Shown: positions 23,353-34,542 of the stretch, in pieces
Position numbering within the stretch: position 1 is the stretch's first letter
How the letters are laid out: every line of letters begins with the position of its first letter
Assembly: GCA_045159875.1 (NCBI GenBank)
Contig: CP067995.1
Span: forward strand, 2,720,001 to 2,784,000
Source of the DNA: a cyanobacterium endosymbiont of Rhopalodia gibba
Lineage (GTDB): Bacteria > Cyanobacteriota > Cyanobacteriia > Cyanobacteriales > Microcystaceae
Direction: 5' to 3'
Length of the DNA: 64,000 nucleotides
Program-made: the position numbers and the translations under genes
Notes under the pieces: model-generated
The model's input: the letters and a program-made list of their open reading frames with translations, nothing else
Databases searched by the model: none
Told to the model about the DNA's origin: nothing

Positions 23353-24483
23353 TTAATATAATTCATATTTAAGTAATGTACAGGGAAGAGAACCATTGTA
23401 AATAGGAATACGACGAGAAGTTCTTAATCCTATTTGTTTACTTAATTCTTTATTTGCTGTTAGAATATAGGCATTCCAGCCTTTAAAACGTTGCTTCAAG
23501 ATATCACCTAATAACTTATATAATGTCGCTAATTGTTGGTAACTACCAATACGCTTACCATAAGGAGGATTGCAAATAATAATACCCTTATCGGTTGGGG
23601 CTTCAATTTGTTCTAATTGAACTTGATTTAATTTAATGTTTTTATCAAGACCACAAGCGGTTATGTTAGTGGACGCTTGTTTGATGACATCCAAATCTTG
23701 ATCGCTTCCAAAAATAGGAGTTTTTAGCCTGGAAAGTTGTTTATTTTTGGCTTCTTCAACTATTTTAGAGTAAATAGTTGAATCAAAGTCAAGCCAATTC
23801 TGAAAACTAAATTTATTTCGATATAGGCCTGGGGCAATATTTAGCCCTTTTAAGGCGGCTTCAATAGGTAAAACTCCTGAACCACACATGGGATCTAAAA
23901 AAGGAATATTCCCATCCCAATTAGCTATATCTAATAAAGCAGCTGCTAGGGTTTCTTTTAAAGGTGCTAATCCCATAGCTAAACGATATCCTCGTCGATG
24001 TAAACTTCTGCCTGAACTATCTAGACTTAGAATGCAATAATTATTATTAATATGAGCATTGATAATGATATCAGGACTTTTAACGTCAATATTAGAACGA
24101 GTGTTAAACCGTTCTTTTTGTTGATCAACAATAGCATTTTTAATTTTTAACGCTGTAAAATGGGTATGATTTAAATCTCGATTACTTCCAGTACAATTAA
24201 CAAGAAATGTTTGATGGGTTTGTAAATACTTAGACCAATCTATCTTATAAACATTTTTATACAACTGAGTTGCATTACAACTTTTAATTTCTTCAATGGG
24301 AACTAAAATTCGAAAAATAATCCTTGACCACAAATTTACTCGATAAAATAATTCTTTATTTCCGTAAAAATGAACTCCTGCAAAATCAGGTTTAACTTCT
24401 GTTGCTCCTAATGATTCTAACTCTTTAGCCGCAATTTCTTCTAATCCCCTCGCAACAGTAGCAAAATAAGTCTTGTTCGTCAT
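23353..24483 (-). CDS. THUMP-domain RNA methyltransferase (RlmL-like)
   Basis: LSLDSSGRSLHRRGYR, APLKETLAA, DPMCGSG, NPPYG. Confidence 0.92.
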   Translation of the reverse strand: MTNKTYFATVARGLEEIAAKELESLGATEVKPDFAGVHFYGNKELFYRVNLWSRIIFRILVPIEEIKSCNATQLYKNVYKIDWSKYLQTHQTFLVNCTGSNRDLNHTHFTALKIKNAIVDQQKERFNTRSNIDVKSPDIIINAHINNNYCILSLDSSGRSLHRRGYRLAMGLAPLKETLAAALLDIANWDGNIPFLDPMCGSGVLPIEAALKGLNIAPGLYRNKFSFQNWLDFDSTIYSKIVEEAKNKQLSRLKTPIFGSDQDLDVIKQASTNITACGLDKNIKLNQVQLEQIEAPTDKGIIICNPPYGKRIGSYQQLATLYKLLGDILKQRFKGWNAYILTANKELSKQIGLRTSRRIPIYNGSLPCTLLKYELY

Positions 24484-24543
24484 AATTATATATTAACTAG
24501 GAAAATTATTGGCATATTTTCCAGATTCTACCATTATGTCCTA

Positions 24544-24604
24544 ATCAAGTGAGGTGATCAACAAAAAATAAAAAATATATTTTTTGTTGATCACCTCACT
24601 TGAT
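24544..24604. repeat. Perfect 27-bp inverted repeat, 7-nt loop
   Basis: atcaagtgaggtgatcaacaaaaaata-aaaaata-tattttttgttgatcacctcacttgat. Confidence 0.9.
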
Positions 24605-25183
24605 GGAAATCTTAATCTGATTAAATCTAGAGAATTAATGGTTATTTAAGAAATAAAATGGAGGTTATAATCAAATTTATAGATTTTTTTAAAAAATTGC
24701 CGAAAAAGATTTTGAGATCAAATATCTAATAATTCATGATTTAATACAAAATTTATATGAATAACACGAGTTTTAAATACAACAGACTTATCTGAAAAAA
24801 TGTAAATCTAACTCTAAATTTTACAAAACTACTGTAACAGTTTTTGAAATCGTTATAAGTTTTTAGTCTTCTAGTTAAACAGAGTTTATGAAATAATATG
24901 GAAAGGCTATTTTAGAATAGCTTTTTTCTGAATTTCTTGAAGACGAAAATATTGATGGTTTTGTTAATATTTATTGAAGCGACTATCTACAATATTATTG
25001 ACTATGTATTGGTTGTTTAAAATTGAACGTAAGATTGTAGACTAGGAGATCTCTGATCGCTATCTATGTATCCTATCATAGATACTAAAGTAAATTAAAA
25101 TAATAGAACAATTTTTAAAAAAAATATTTTAAATAATGATATAGAGTATAAACTTCCTGCAATTATTTATCCCTATCGAGAAA

Positions 25184-25225
25184 ATATTTTAAATTAATTA
25201 ATAATTATTAATTAATTTAAAATAT
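25184..25225. repeat. Perfect 42-bp AT-only palindrome
   Basis: atattttaaattaattaataa|ttattaattaatttaaaatat. Confidence 0.8.
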
Positions 25226-26618
25226 CTAATTGCAAACTTAAGTTTTAAAAAATAACAAGAGATTATTGATCTATTAATATTTTTATTTACCTCTTATTTT
25301 TGTTAGAGAATATTCAAGATTTTTACTTTAAGAAAGTATCTCTTTTTGTCAAAAAATATTAGTTATATATTTTATTAAATTTTTTATTTATTAAAAGCAA
25401 TAATTTTTGCCGATATTTGTTGTTGGCAATATTTGTCTTAATTTACTGATTAAAATATTGAATTTCTTGTATAAAAAAATTGTATTTTCTATATAAAATT
25501 TCATAAAAAATTTTAATAACTAAATTGTTAAACAACCGTATTAATTAAATTTAACTACTATTATTGAAGTAATATATAAGAAAATTTTTCTAATTAATAG
25601 AATAAAAATTATTTTAGTCAATAATTAAGTAATCATAGGATAGTTTTATACAGCTATCTTTATTTCAATACTAGTTAGTTGGTATAAATATAAAAATACA
25701 AAAAATTGATACTTAATTGACTATAAAAAAATCAATAAATTCAAAATAATAAAAATAGCAAAAATAAAAAAAAGAGAACATTAGATATTAGCTAAATAAA
25801 AATTTAGTTTATCTAATCTTAATGGAGCTTATTTTTATAATTAACTTACAACTTAATAATTGTCTACTAAAGGCAAAAAAAATTTCAAGCTTTTAAAGAC
25901 TGTATATTGAGTATAATTTTCTCTTTTTATATTGTTGATAGTTTTTTAAAAAAATATCAACTTATAACAGCCAATAATTATCCATTAGATAAAAAGAAAA
26001 GGTTTAATTGAAATTAACTCTCATAAAAGTTTGTGATTTTTTGAAAAAGAGCTGGAGATAAAAAATCTTAAAAATAAGCACATGAATTATTGATATCCCA
26101 AAGGTAAATATCCTCAAAAGACTAGAAACGCTGTAAAGAAAAAGAGATAGACACAGTAATTGTTATTGCTCATGACTCAATGTGCACAAGTGGCTTAGTT
26201 AAAACTAAACTTAATAAACAATAAAACAATGAATAAAGCTACATTTTTTACTAACTCATAGAAAGATTTTTAAAATACTTCTAATTAAATAAGGTAGTTC
26301 AATAAAATTTTGCTCAAAAGAGTTACTTTAATAGGTAGGAATAAATAATTTATATTTTTAGCGTTTATTTAAAGCTGGTTACTGAGTCAATAGCTAATAG
26401 TTATTTGATATTTTTCTCAAACAGGTTATATAACATGGAACAAAAAATTATATGTTCTGTATATTCCTACACTTCCTTGTCAAGAAAAAAATGCTAGGAT
26501 ACCAACGGTTTATTTAATGAAACTAAGAGAGTTAAAGATAAGAAAAAAACTATTTTCAAACAAAATGGACGTATAAAAAACTAAAATTCTACTTATTTCT
26601 CTTGAAATTGAAGTTTTT

Positions 26619-27227
26619 GTGAATTTATGTCAATTTTATAGCAGGGTTTCCTCCCATTCCCAAAAGCCAAATCATATTGACCGGGGAAGACTCCCAGTGA
26701 TAGTACGAATGGCTCAAATGAGTGATATTAAGGGGCTAACCGAGGTTCTGATCGGGAGTTTTCATCCCCCTAAACAATGGTTTACCTGGCTACAACCTTT
26801 ATTTAGGTTAGAAATCTATGAAGATTTACGCACCCGTTTTCGAGCACATTCTCCTTATTATTGTTGTTTAGTAGCTATGGTTTCCAGTGGAACGTCCAAT
26901 GATTCTCAAGAATCGGTTATTGGTACAGTAGAAATCACTCTGGGTTCTAGGTTGCATGCTCAATCTTTGTATATTAGTAATTTAGCCGTTAGCCATTCCT
27001 ATCGAAGACAGGGAGTAGCTAAACATTTACTCCAGAAATGTGAGCAAGTTGCCTTAGAATGGGGACATCGCTCCCTTACTTTGCACGTCTTAGAAGATAA
27101 TTACCCAGCCAAACGACTTTATCTTAATAATGGTTATCAAGTCCAAGGGACTGAGTGGACTTGGCAAAGTTGGTTATGTAGAACTCCCCGACGATTATTC
27201 TTAAAAAAGATATTGAAGTATCTATAA
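26619..27227 (+). CDS. GNAT family N-acetyltransferase
   Basis: YISNLAVSHSYRRQGVAKHLL (motif A), LHVLEDNYPAKRLY (motif B). Confidence 0.9.
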   Translation: MNLCQFYSRVSSHSQKPNHIDRGRLPVIVRMAQMSDIKGLTEVLIGSFHPPKQWFTWLQPLFRLEIYEDLRTRFRAHSPYYCCLVAMVSSGTSNDSQESVIGTVEITLGSRLHAQSLYISNLAVSHSYRRQGVAKHLLQKCEQVALEWGHRSLTLHVLEDNYPAKRLYLNNGYQVQGTEWTWQSWLCRTPRRLFLKKILKYL

Positions 27228-27461
27228 CATTTTACAGGACAAAATTAAAGGCTATTAGGTTCGACTAACCTAGATAAGGTGAGCTAAACAAATTCGTGCT
27301 GCTATTTCTCAATAAGGCGTTAAATCTATTCTTAACCAGAAATGTTCTCCACACTGACTATCTTAAACTAAACTACAAAATAGTTGACTAAGATAGGTAA
27401 AAAACAATTTTTAATATTTTGAGATAGTTCGAAAAAATTTTGATATAGAATTAGAGAACTG

Positions 27462-30400
27462 ATGGGCTTGATCCTATTTAAGATAATTTCGTTACCTAAG
27501 TTCGACATAAGGCAGTTAACTTTTTTCATACCTATGCCAGTTCCCAATAAAAAACTAAACTCTATCCAAATTATCCAAAAACTACAAAGGGAAATTGCGA
27601 CCTTAAAAGCGGCCCAAATAGCTACCTTAAGAATTCAACAAGAATTGCGCGAAAGTGAACAACGATGGCAATTAGTATTGCAAGGGACAAATGAGGGAAT
27701 TTGGGACTGGAACCTTAAAACTGACGAGCTTTTCTTTTCTCATCGTTGGAAAGAAATGTTAGGGTATCAAAATGAAGATTTATCTAACCATCTTGATACC
27801 TGGAAAATGTTGCTGCATCCCCAAGATAGGGAAAGGGTAATGGATACAGTACAAGCTCATTTGGAGAGACAAACCAGCCATTATGCGGTTGAATTTCGAC
27901 TCAAATGTAAAGATGGAACTTATAAGTGGATTTTATCACGGGGACAAGCTCTTTGGGATCAACAAGGAAACCCGATTAGGATGATAGGAACCCACAGTGA
28001 TATTAGCGATCGTAAACAAGAGCAAATTCTATTAAGTTCTCTAATTGATTGCATTCCTGATTTTATCTTTTGTAAAGATCCCCAAGGGGTTTATCAGGTC
28101 TGTAATAACGCCTTTGAAACTTTTGTCGGACGTGAAAGAAAAGATATTATTGGAAAAACAGATTTTGATCTTTTTAGTCCCGAAGAAGCCATATTTTTTC
28201 GGGAACAGGATCGTGTTATGATTCAAAAAAAACAAGCCCATCGTAATGAAGAATGGATTACTTATCCTGATGGGAGTCGTCGTCTTCTCGACACATTGAA
28301 AACCCCCTTTTGCTGTCCTGATGGTAACTTAATGGGATCGATTGGGATTAGTAGAGATATCACTGATCGCCAACGACGAGAAGAAACCTTAAAAAAGCAA
28401 GCTCAACGTGATAGTTTACTTAGCAGTATTGCTCGACAATTAATTGATCAAGACTTCAATACTGCCGTTGAATTTACCCTAGCAGCTCTAGGAGAATTCA
28501 CCAACGGTGATCGCGGCTACATCATACGTCATTCTCCTCAACAATGCCTTTGGAATATGACCCATGAATGGTGTAACCAAAACATTCCCTCTACTAAAAC
28601 ACAGTCTCAAAATATCCCTTTACAAGACTTTCCCTGGTTTTCAGACCAACTCCTGAAAGGCCATCCTATTCGAGTCAACTCACCGGAAGATCTGCCCGTA
28701 CAGGCTATCAACGAAAGGGAAATGTTTAAAAACAGTCTTGGCCCTACCCTAGTTGTAGTTCCTATGGTGGCCACTGGTCAAACGTTAGGGTATCTAGGGT
28801 TTGACGGAAAAATTACCAAACATTGGACTCAAGAAGACGTAAATGTCTTAAAACTAGTAGGAGAATTCCTGGCTATTGCCCAAGCTAGAGCTCAAGCAGA
28901 AGAAGAACGAACTGAGTCTAAAGCTAGATTTGCTGGCATTTTAGATAATGCGAATGAGGCGATTATTTCTATTGATGAAAATCAGTGTATTACCTTGTTT
29001 AACCACGCTGCTGAAAAAACTTTTGGCTACCAAGCATCAGAAGTGTTGGGATGCCCCTTTGATCTACTTATTCCTCAAAGGTTTAGTAAAAGTCACCACC
29101 AACATATTAAGGATTTCAGTGTTGCCTCTGAAATTGCTCGACAAATGGGAGGTCGTAGCCCTGTTTTTGGTCGTCGTCAAGATGGGAACGAATTTTTAGC
29201 CGAAGTCTCAATTTCTAAAATTAAACTTAAGGGACGCAAAGTATTTACCGCCATAGTACGAGATATCACCCAGCGCAAACAAGCAGAAATAGCCCTAAAA
29301 AAAGCTAAAGAAGCTGCAGATGCCGCCAACCGTGCTAAAAGTGAATTTTTGGCTAGTATGAGTCATGAATTACGAACTCCCCTCAATGCTATTTTAGGGT
29401 TCACTCAGGTAATGCAACGTGATCGCACTTTAAGTCAAGAACAGCAGCAGAATTTGTCGATCATCTCACGCAGTGGCGAGCATTTATTAACGTTGCTCAA
29501 CGACATCCTAGAAATGTCCAAAATTGAAGCAGGCCGCACGAGTTTAAACCAGAATAGTTTTGACCTATATCGCTTGCTTTCTAACATAGAAGCTATGCTC
29601 AAGTTAAAAGCTGAAGCTAAGGGGTTGCAACTAATTTTTGAATATACCCCAGAAGTTCCCCAATACCTAACTACCGATGAAGGGAAATTACGGCAAGTTT
29701 TAATCAATTTATTAGGCAATGCCATTAAATTCACTGATGAAGGGGGTGTCACCCTGCGGGTGAAAGGGAATCGGGAATCAGAAGAAATTATGATTACCTT
29801 TGAGGTCGAAGATACTGGACTAGGTATTGCCCCCGAAGAGATAGGCCAACTATTCGCCGCTTTTGGACAGACAGAAACCGGACGTAATGCTCAAGAGGGA
29901 ACAGGATTAGGGCTGCCCATTAGTCAGAAGTTTGTGCAGTTAATGGGGGGCGATATTCAGGTTAATAGCGTGCTGGGCCAAGGCAGTTTATTTACTTTTA
30001 CCATTAAGGGACAGATAGCATTGGCTAGTGCTATTAAAACGAACAAACCTATTCGCAAAGTCATTGGATTAGCTCCTGGCCAACCCAAACACCGTATTCT
30101 AGCGGTGGATGATCGCCTAGAAAGTCGTATTCTATTAGTTAAATTGCTCTCATCGATGGGGTTTGAAGTTCGTCAGGCCAGCAACGGAAAAGAAGCCATT
30201 GATCTTTGGGAAAAGTGGGAACCCCATCTAGTGTTAATGGACATGAGAATGCCTATTATCGATGGCTACGAAGCTACCCAACACATCAAAACTACCACCA
30301 AAGGGCAAGCTACCGTAATTATCGCTTTAACTGCTAGTGCCTTTGAAGAGGAACGTAATGTTGTTTTATCAGCTGGATGTGATGACTTTATGCGAAAACC

Positions 30401-30755
30401 TTTTCGAGAAGAAGTTTTATGGGATAAAATCGCTCATCACCTTGGTATTTGCTATATTTACGAGTCTATAAGAGAAGAAGATAACCAAACAGGGGAAACA
30501 GATGTTAAAGCCCAAGAAGATAACTCCAATGATTTATTGCAACTATTATTTGTGATGTCTCCTGAATGGAGGAGTCAAGTTTACCAAGCTGCTATAGAAT
30601 GCAGCGATGATGCCATACTAAATTTAATTACTCAAATTACTCCAGAAAGTGAGCTTTTAGCTGTTACTCTGAAAAACTGGGCTAATAACTTTCTTTTTGA
30701 CCAGATTATTGAATTAACAAATAAGGCAATAGTTAATAATAATTTAGATGATTAG
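27462..30755 (+). CDS. Hybrid sensor histidine kinase PAS-PAS-GAF-PAS-HisKA-HATPase-REC (true start may be ATG 27534)
   Basis: PAS/PAC motifs, MSHELRTPLN H-box, NLLGNAIKFT N-box, DTGLGI and GTGLGL G-boxes, receiver VDD...LMDMRMP...KP. Confidence 0.95.
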   Translation: MGLILFKIISLPKFDIRQLTFFIPMPVPNKKLNSIQIIQKLQREIATLKAAQIATLRIQQELRESEQRWQLVLQGTNEGIWDWNLKTDELFFSHRWKEMLGYQNEDLSNHLDTWKMLLHPQDRERVMDTVQAHLERQTSHYAVEFRLKCKDGTYKWILSRGQALWDQQGNPIRMIGTHSDISDRKQEQILLSSLIDCIPDFIFCKDPQGVYQVCNNAFETFVGRERKDIIGKTDFDLFSPEEAIFFREQDRVMIQKKQAHRNEEWITYPDGSRRLLDTLKTPFCCPDGNLMGSIGISRDITDRQRREETLKKQAQRDSLLSSIARQLIDQDFNTAVEFTLAALGEFTNGDRGYIIRHSPQQCLWNMTHEWCNQNIPSTKTQSQNIPLQDFPWFSDQLLKGHPIRVNSPEDLPVQAINEREMFKNSLGPTLVVVPMVATGQTLGYLGFDGKITKHWTQEDVNVLKLVGEFLAIAQARAQAEEERTESKARFAGILDNANEAIISIDENQCITLFNHAAEKTFGYQASEVLGCPFDLLIPQRFSKSHHQHIKDFSVASEIARQMGGRSPVFGRRQDGNEFLAEVSISKIKLKGRKVFTAIVRDITQRKQAEIALKKAKEAADAANRAKSEFLASMSHELRTPLNAILGFTQVMQRDRTLSQEQQQNLSIISRSGEHLLTLLNDILEMSKIEAGRTSLNQNSFDLYRLLSNIEAMLKLKAEAKGLQLIFEYTPEVPQYLTTDEGKLRQVLINLLGNAIKFTDEGGVTLRVKGNRESEEIMITFEVEDTGLGIAPEEIGQLFAAFGQTETGRNAQEGTGLGLPISQKFVQLMGGDIQVNSVLGQGSLFTFTIKGQIALASAIKTNKPIRKVIGLAPGQPKHRILAVDDRLESRILLVKLLSSMGFEVRQASNGKEAIDLWEKWEPHLVLMDMRMPIIDGYEATQHIKTTTKGQATVIIALTASAFEEERNVVLSAGCDDFMRKPFREEVLWDKIAHHLGICYIYESIREEDNQTGETDVKAQEDNSNDLLQLLFVMSPEWRSQVYQAAIECSDDAILNLITQITPESELLAVTLKNWANNFLFDQIIELTNKAIVNNNLDD

Positions 30756-30761
30756 CAGCTT

Positions 30762-31955
30762 ATGATCTTAGAAAAAGGCAATCTTCTTGTCGTTGATGAC
30801 ACTCTTGACAACCTGCGTTTACTCTCAGCTATGTTATCAGAACAGGGCTATAAAGTCCGTAAGGCTCTTAATGGACAGATGGCCTTAAAAACTGTATCTC
30901 AAGTTCCCCCTGATGTCATTTTGTTAGATATTAATATGACAGGAATCAATGGCTATGAAGTTTGTCAAACCCTAAAAGATAATCAAAATACCAAAGAGAT
31001 TCCTGTTATTTTCATTAGTGCACTTGACGATATATTAGATAAGGTAAAAGCTTTTGAAGTGGGAGGAGTAGACTATATTTGTAAGCCATTTCAAGAAGAG
31101 GAAGTTATTGCTAGAGTTGAAAATCAATTAACTATACAACGGCAAAAAAAGCAACTTCAACAAGAAATAAAAGAACGGAAAAAAACGGAACAAACCTTAC
31201 GGGTTTACCTTCATGCCGTATCTCACGACTTACGTAATCCTGTGTTAGGGATGGCCATGGTTTTAAAAAACCTCCTTAAAAAAGGAAGAAAAGAAAATAA
31301 ACCAACCATAGAAATGTCTAATGAAGTATTAGAACAGATAGTAGCTAGTTGTGATCGCCAACTTAATTTAATTAATTCTTTAGTAGAGACCCAACAATTT
31401 GAGATGGAGGGAGTTTATCTTAACTGTACCCCCTTGGATTTATTTTCATTAAGTCAGAAATTAGCTGCAGAATGGCAACCAATACTAAAAGAACATCAAG
31501 GTATATTAGATGTCCTAATTTCCCCTAAATTACCAGTAGTTAATGGAGATAGTGACCGCCTATGGCGGGTGTTTGACAATTTGTTAGCTAATGCCCTTAA
31601 ACATAATCCTCCAGGTTTAAAATTAACCATAAATGCTGAAGTTTTAACTACTCAAAAATTAGCTTTTTATACTAAAAAAGTTATCGAAAAATATTCTCAA
31701 GATAAACAAATGGTGATCTGTACCTTGGCTGATGATGGAGTAGGAATGAATTCAGAACAAGCAGAGAACTTATTTGAAAGATATCACCGAGGAGATGGAG
31801 CAAAAAAAACATTAGGGTTAGGTTTAGGACTCTACCTTTGTCGTCAAATTATTGAAGCCCATGGAGGAGAAATTGGGGTAATCACTAATCCAAATGCTGG
31901 GGCCAAGTTTTGGTTTACTTTGCCAGTTTTTGAAAGTAGAAAGGATACTAATTAA
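30762..31955 (+). CDS. REC-HisKA-HATPase hybrid response regulator/kinase, 6 bp after the upstream kinase
   Basis: VVDD...LLDINM...KPF receiver; VSHDLRNP H-box; NLLANALKH; DDGVGM; GLGLGL. Confidence 0.93.
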   Translation: MILEKGNLLVVDDTLDNLRLLSAMLSEQGYKVRKALNGQMALKTVSQVPPDVILLDINMTGINGYEVCQTLKDNQNTKEIPVIFISALDDILDKVKAFEVGGVDYICKPFQEEEVIARVENQLTIQRQKKQLQQEIKERKKTEQTLRVYLHAVSHDLRNPVLGMAMVLKNLLKKGRKENKPTIEMSNEVLEQIVASCDRQLNLINSLVETQQFEMEGVYLNCTPLDLFSLSQKLAAEWQPILKEHQGILDVLISPKLPVVNGDSDRLWRVFDNLLANALKHNPPGLKLTINAEVLTTQKLAFYTKKVIEKYSQDKQMVICTLADDGVGMNSEQAENLFERYHRGDGAKKTLGLGLGLYLCRQIIEAHGGEIGVITNPNAGAKFWFTLPVFESRKDTN

Positions 31956-32485
31956 TTTAGTTAAACTTTCCACTTTCAATTGTCCGAGCAACTGAGAAAA
32001 ACTAAATTAATGTACGTACAATTCTCAAGTCTTATTATTTCTAGTTTAGTTGAATTATTCCTTTTAGCTATCAACAGCAACAGATTTTAATCTTATATGT
32101 CCTTGGAAAAATAATAAAGAGAAAAGAAAGATGGTGGAATGTTGAGACTATTTTTAACAAAACTCGTACTTTCATCAGTTTTTGCTTCAAGAACGTCTGC
32201 TTTGACAGCAAATTGATCTAGTTTTTATTTTACAGACGAGAGATTTTGTGCAGTTTATCAAGGTAATATTAACAGTTTTAAACAATTTGTTTTACTCTTT
32301 GAACACGAAAATTAACTTACAATTCAAGCGAATAGTGATTTAAGCATAGCCGCCACCCGTCAAGTAAAAGTCCTTCCTTCCTATCAAGTGAATTTCGCCA
32401 ATGATACATTGGTTTCTAATCATTTTTACCGCACAGACATAATTAGGAGAGCATATTATTTTGGTTAAGGGGAATACATCAGAAG

Positions 32486-32547
32486 TCAAAATTACCCTTT
32501 GTCTTAGTTAACCAAACATGATTAACTAAGACAGAGGGTAATTTTGA
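32486..32547. repeat. 26-bp inverted repeat (one G-U pair), 10-nt loop, upstream of lipA
   Basis: tcaaaattaccctttgtcttagttaa ... ttaactaagacagagggtaattttga. Confidence 0.85.
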
Positions 32548-32630
32548 AAATAGACTTTTTTATAAAACTCAAATATTTTCCTTATAGTTCATATCACTAG
32601 AAAAGTGTAATTTTCTATACCAGATTAACT

Positions 32631-33542
32631 ATGAAAAAAAGTTCATCAATTAATAATCGCTACCAAACAGACTTGATGTCCCTTCCTACTTGGCTCAGAC
32701 GCTCTGTTGGCAAAGCCAGTGAGATGTCTGCTGTTCAGCGTATTATCAAACGACGAAATATTCATACAATATGTGAAGAAGGTCGTTGTCCAAACCGAGG
32801 GGAATGTTATGCGCAGAAAACAGCGACTTTTCTGTTAATGGGTCCAACTTGCACTCGTTCGTGTGGTTTTTGTCAAGTGGATAAAGGTCATTCTCCCATG
32901 GCATTGAATGTCTTAGAACCACAGAAAATAGCGGAATCGGTCAAGTTATTAGGATTGTTCTATGTTGTTTTAACTTCCGTAGCGCGCGATGACTTAACTG
33001 ATGGAGGTGCTAACTGGTTTGTCAGGGTTATGGAGTCCATTCGTCGGAGCAACCCCCATACGGAGATTGAAGTGCTAACCCCTGACTTTTGGGGAGGGAA
33101 AGAAGGAGAAATCACTCAAAGACAACGAGTCGCTACCATTGTAGCTGCTAAGCCTGCCTGTTATAATCACAATGTTGAAACCGTTCGACGTTTGCAAAAT
33201 CTCGTGAGAAGGGGGGCTAAATACGAGCGTTCTCTGGGTGTTTTGAAGTGGGTCAAAGAACTTGACAAATCCATTTCTACCAAATCCGGATTAATGTTGG
33301 GACATGGGGAAACAGAAACAGAAATTATCGAAACTCTCAAAGATTTAAGAAAAGTGGGATGCGATAACCTTACCCTAGGACAGTACATGCGTCCGTCTTT
33401 AAAACACCTTCCCGTGCAGAAATATTGGACTCCTGAAGAATTTGAGAAATTAGGGCAAATCGGGCGTTCTCTAGGATTTTACAATGTCCGTTCAGGCCCT
33501 TTAGTTAGAAGTTCTTACCATGCAGGGCAAAGCTTAAACTAA
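32631..33542 (+). CDS. lipA: Lipoyl synthase
   Basis: [12 protein letters not shown] (CX4CX5C), CTRSCGFC radical SAM motif, C-terminal RSSYHA. Confidence 0.96.
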   Translation: MKKSSSINNRYQTDLMSLPTWLRRSVGKASEMSAVQRIIKRRNIHTICEEGRCPNRGECYAQKTATFLLMGPTCTRSCGFCQVDKGHSPMALNVLEPQKIAESVKLLGLFYVVLTSVARDDLTDGGANWFVRVMESIRRSNPHTEIEVLTPDFWGGKEGEITQRQRVATIVAAKPACYNHNVETVRRLQNLVRRGAKYERSLGVLKWVKELDKSISTKSGLMLGHGETETEIIETLKDLRKVGCDNLTLGQYMRPSLKHLPVQKYWTPEEFEKLGQIGRSLGFYNVRSGPLVRSSYHAGQSLN

Positions 33543-33560
33543 TATTTTCTTGTTATTTTG

Positions 33561-33700
33561 TTGACATACCCCACTTACTTCAGGAAGTGGACTTTTTCAG
33601 ATTTTCAATTCAACGGGTTTGCTTAAATCAAAATCCTTTTTTGTCTTTAACCTACAGACTATCTCTACCCGAAATAGAGTGAACTTCAGATTTTTATCCC
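33561..33700 (-). mobile_element. Probable IS200/IS605 (tnpB) right-end remnant
   Basis: On the minus strand it ends ...GTATGTCAA with a subterminal hairpin (ccactt...aagtgg), like IS605-group right ends. No transposase ORF remains. Recognised from memory of such ends, not by search. Confidence 0.5.
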
Positions 33701-33934
33701 ACTTCAGAAGTCCGTTATCCTATGCTCTTTTCAATTATACGATTCAGATTATGTCGTGAAATACTTCTAACACTGATCATTATACGCGATACAGAATGGA
33801 CTTTGTGATCTACAACAAAATATTTTGCCCCATAATTATCTCTAAGGTAATTAGACTGTTTAAATCTTTTAACTAAAGCTTAAAGAAAAACGTATTTTTG
33901 ATGAAATTTAGCAGTTTTCGCTTATAATCTGACG

Positions 33935-34432
33935 ATGTCGTGGTCAACTAAATCTTCTTTCCTTTCGTTGAGTGTTGTTTTTTGCACCTATTGTCTGTTT
34001 GGCTGGAATGTGGGTCTCTCTGTCTCATCCTTGACTCGTTCCTTGATTCAACAGGGAAAAACTTGGGGATGGCTTCTCGAAAGTGACACAGTATTTTTGA
34101 TGTTGCACATCTTGGCCGGGGTTCTGGTACTAACAATTACTGCCAGTTTGGTTGCAGCACCGGTTGCGTTGATTACTATCGTATTTGGAAGTGGGTTTAA
34201 ATCTGATAATCGCGCTATGGTTTCGGTGCTCTGGTGGACTTTTGCCGTTGTCTTGATGGTTTGTTGGCTAGAGTATTTTATCAGACTACTTTTGTTATTG
34301 TGTGCAGCTACTCTAGGAAAGTTAGAACTACAAGATAAAGGATATCCACAATGGAAGGTTTTGTTTATTTTGATGATAATCTGCCTAGGGAGTTTTGGAT
34401 TGGGATTAGCCGTTTTTCATGGATATACTTAG
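33935..34432 (+). CDS. Hypothetical multi-pass membrane protein
   Basis: 165-aa open frame with several hydrophobic helices and gene-like base composition. Confidence 0.75.
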   Translation: MSWSTKSSFLSLSVVFCTYCLFGWNVGLSVSSLTRSLIQQGKTWGWLLESDTVFLMLHILAGVLVLTITASLVAAPVALITIVFGSGFKSDNRAMVSVLWWTFAVVLMVCWLEYFIRLLLLLCAATLGKLELQDKGYPQWKVLFILMIICLGSFGLGLAVFHGYT

Positions 34433-34542
34433 GTGGCATTTGTTGAAAGTGAAATAAATCTTTATGTGACATTGTATACTGTGTTATATTGGCTTTATTT
34501 CACTAACTAAACTAATAATATCTGTTCTTAAATATTAAGGTT

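Noticed and set aside
32010..32470. Possible exported-protein pseudogene after the kinase pair
   Set aside because: Fragmented frames with no recognisable motif.
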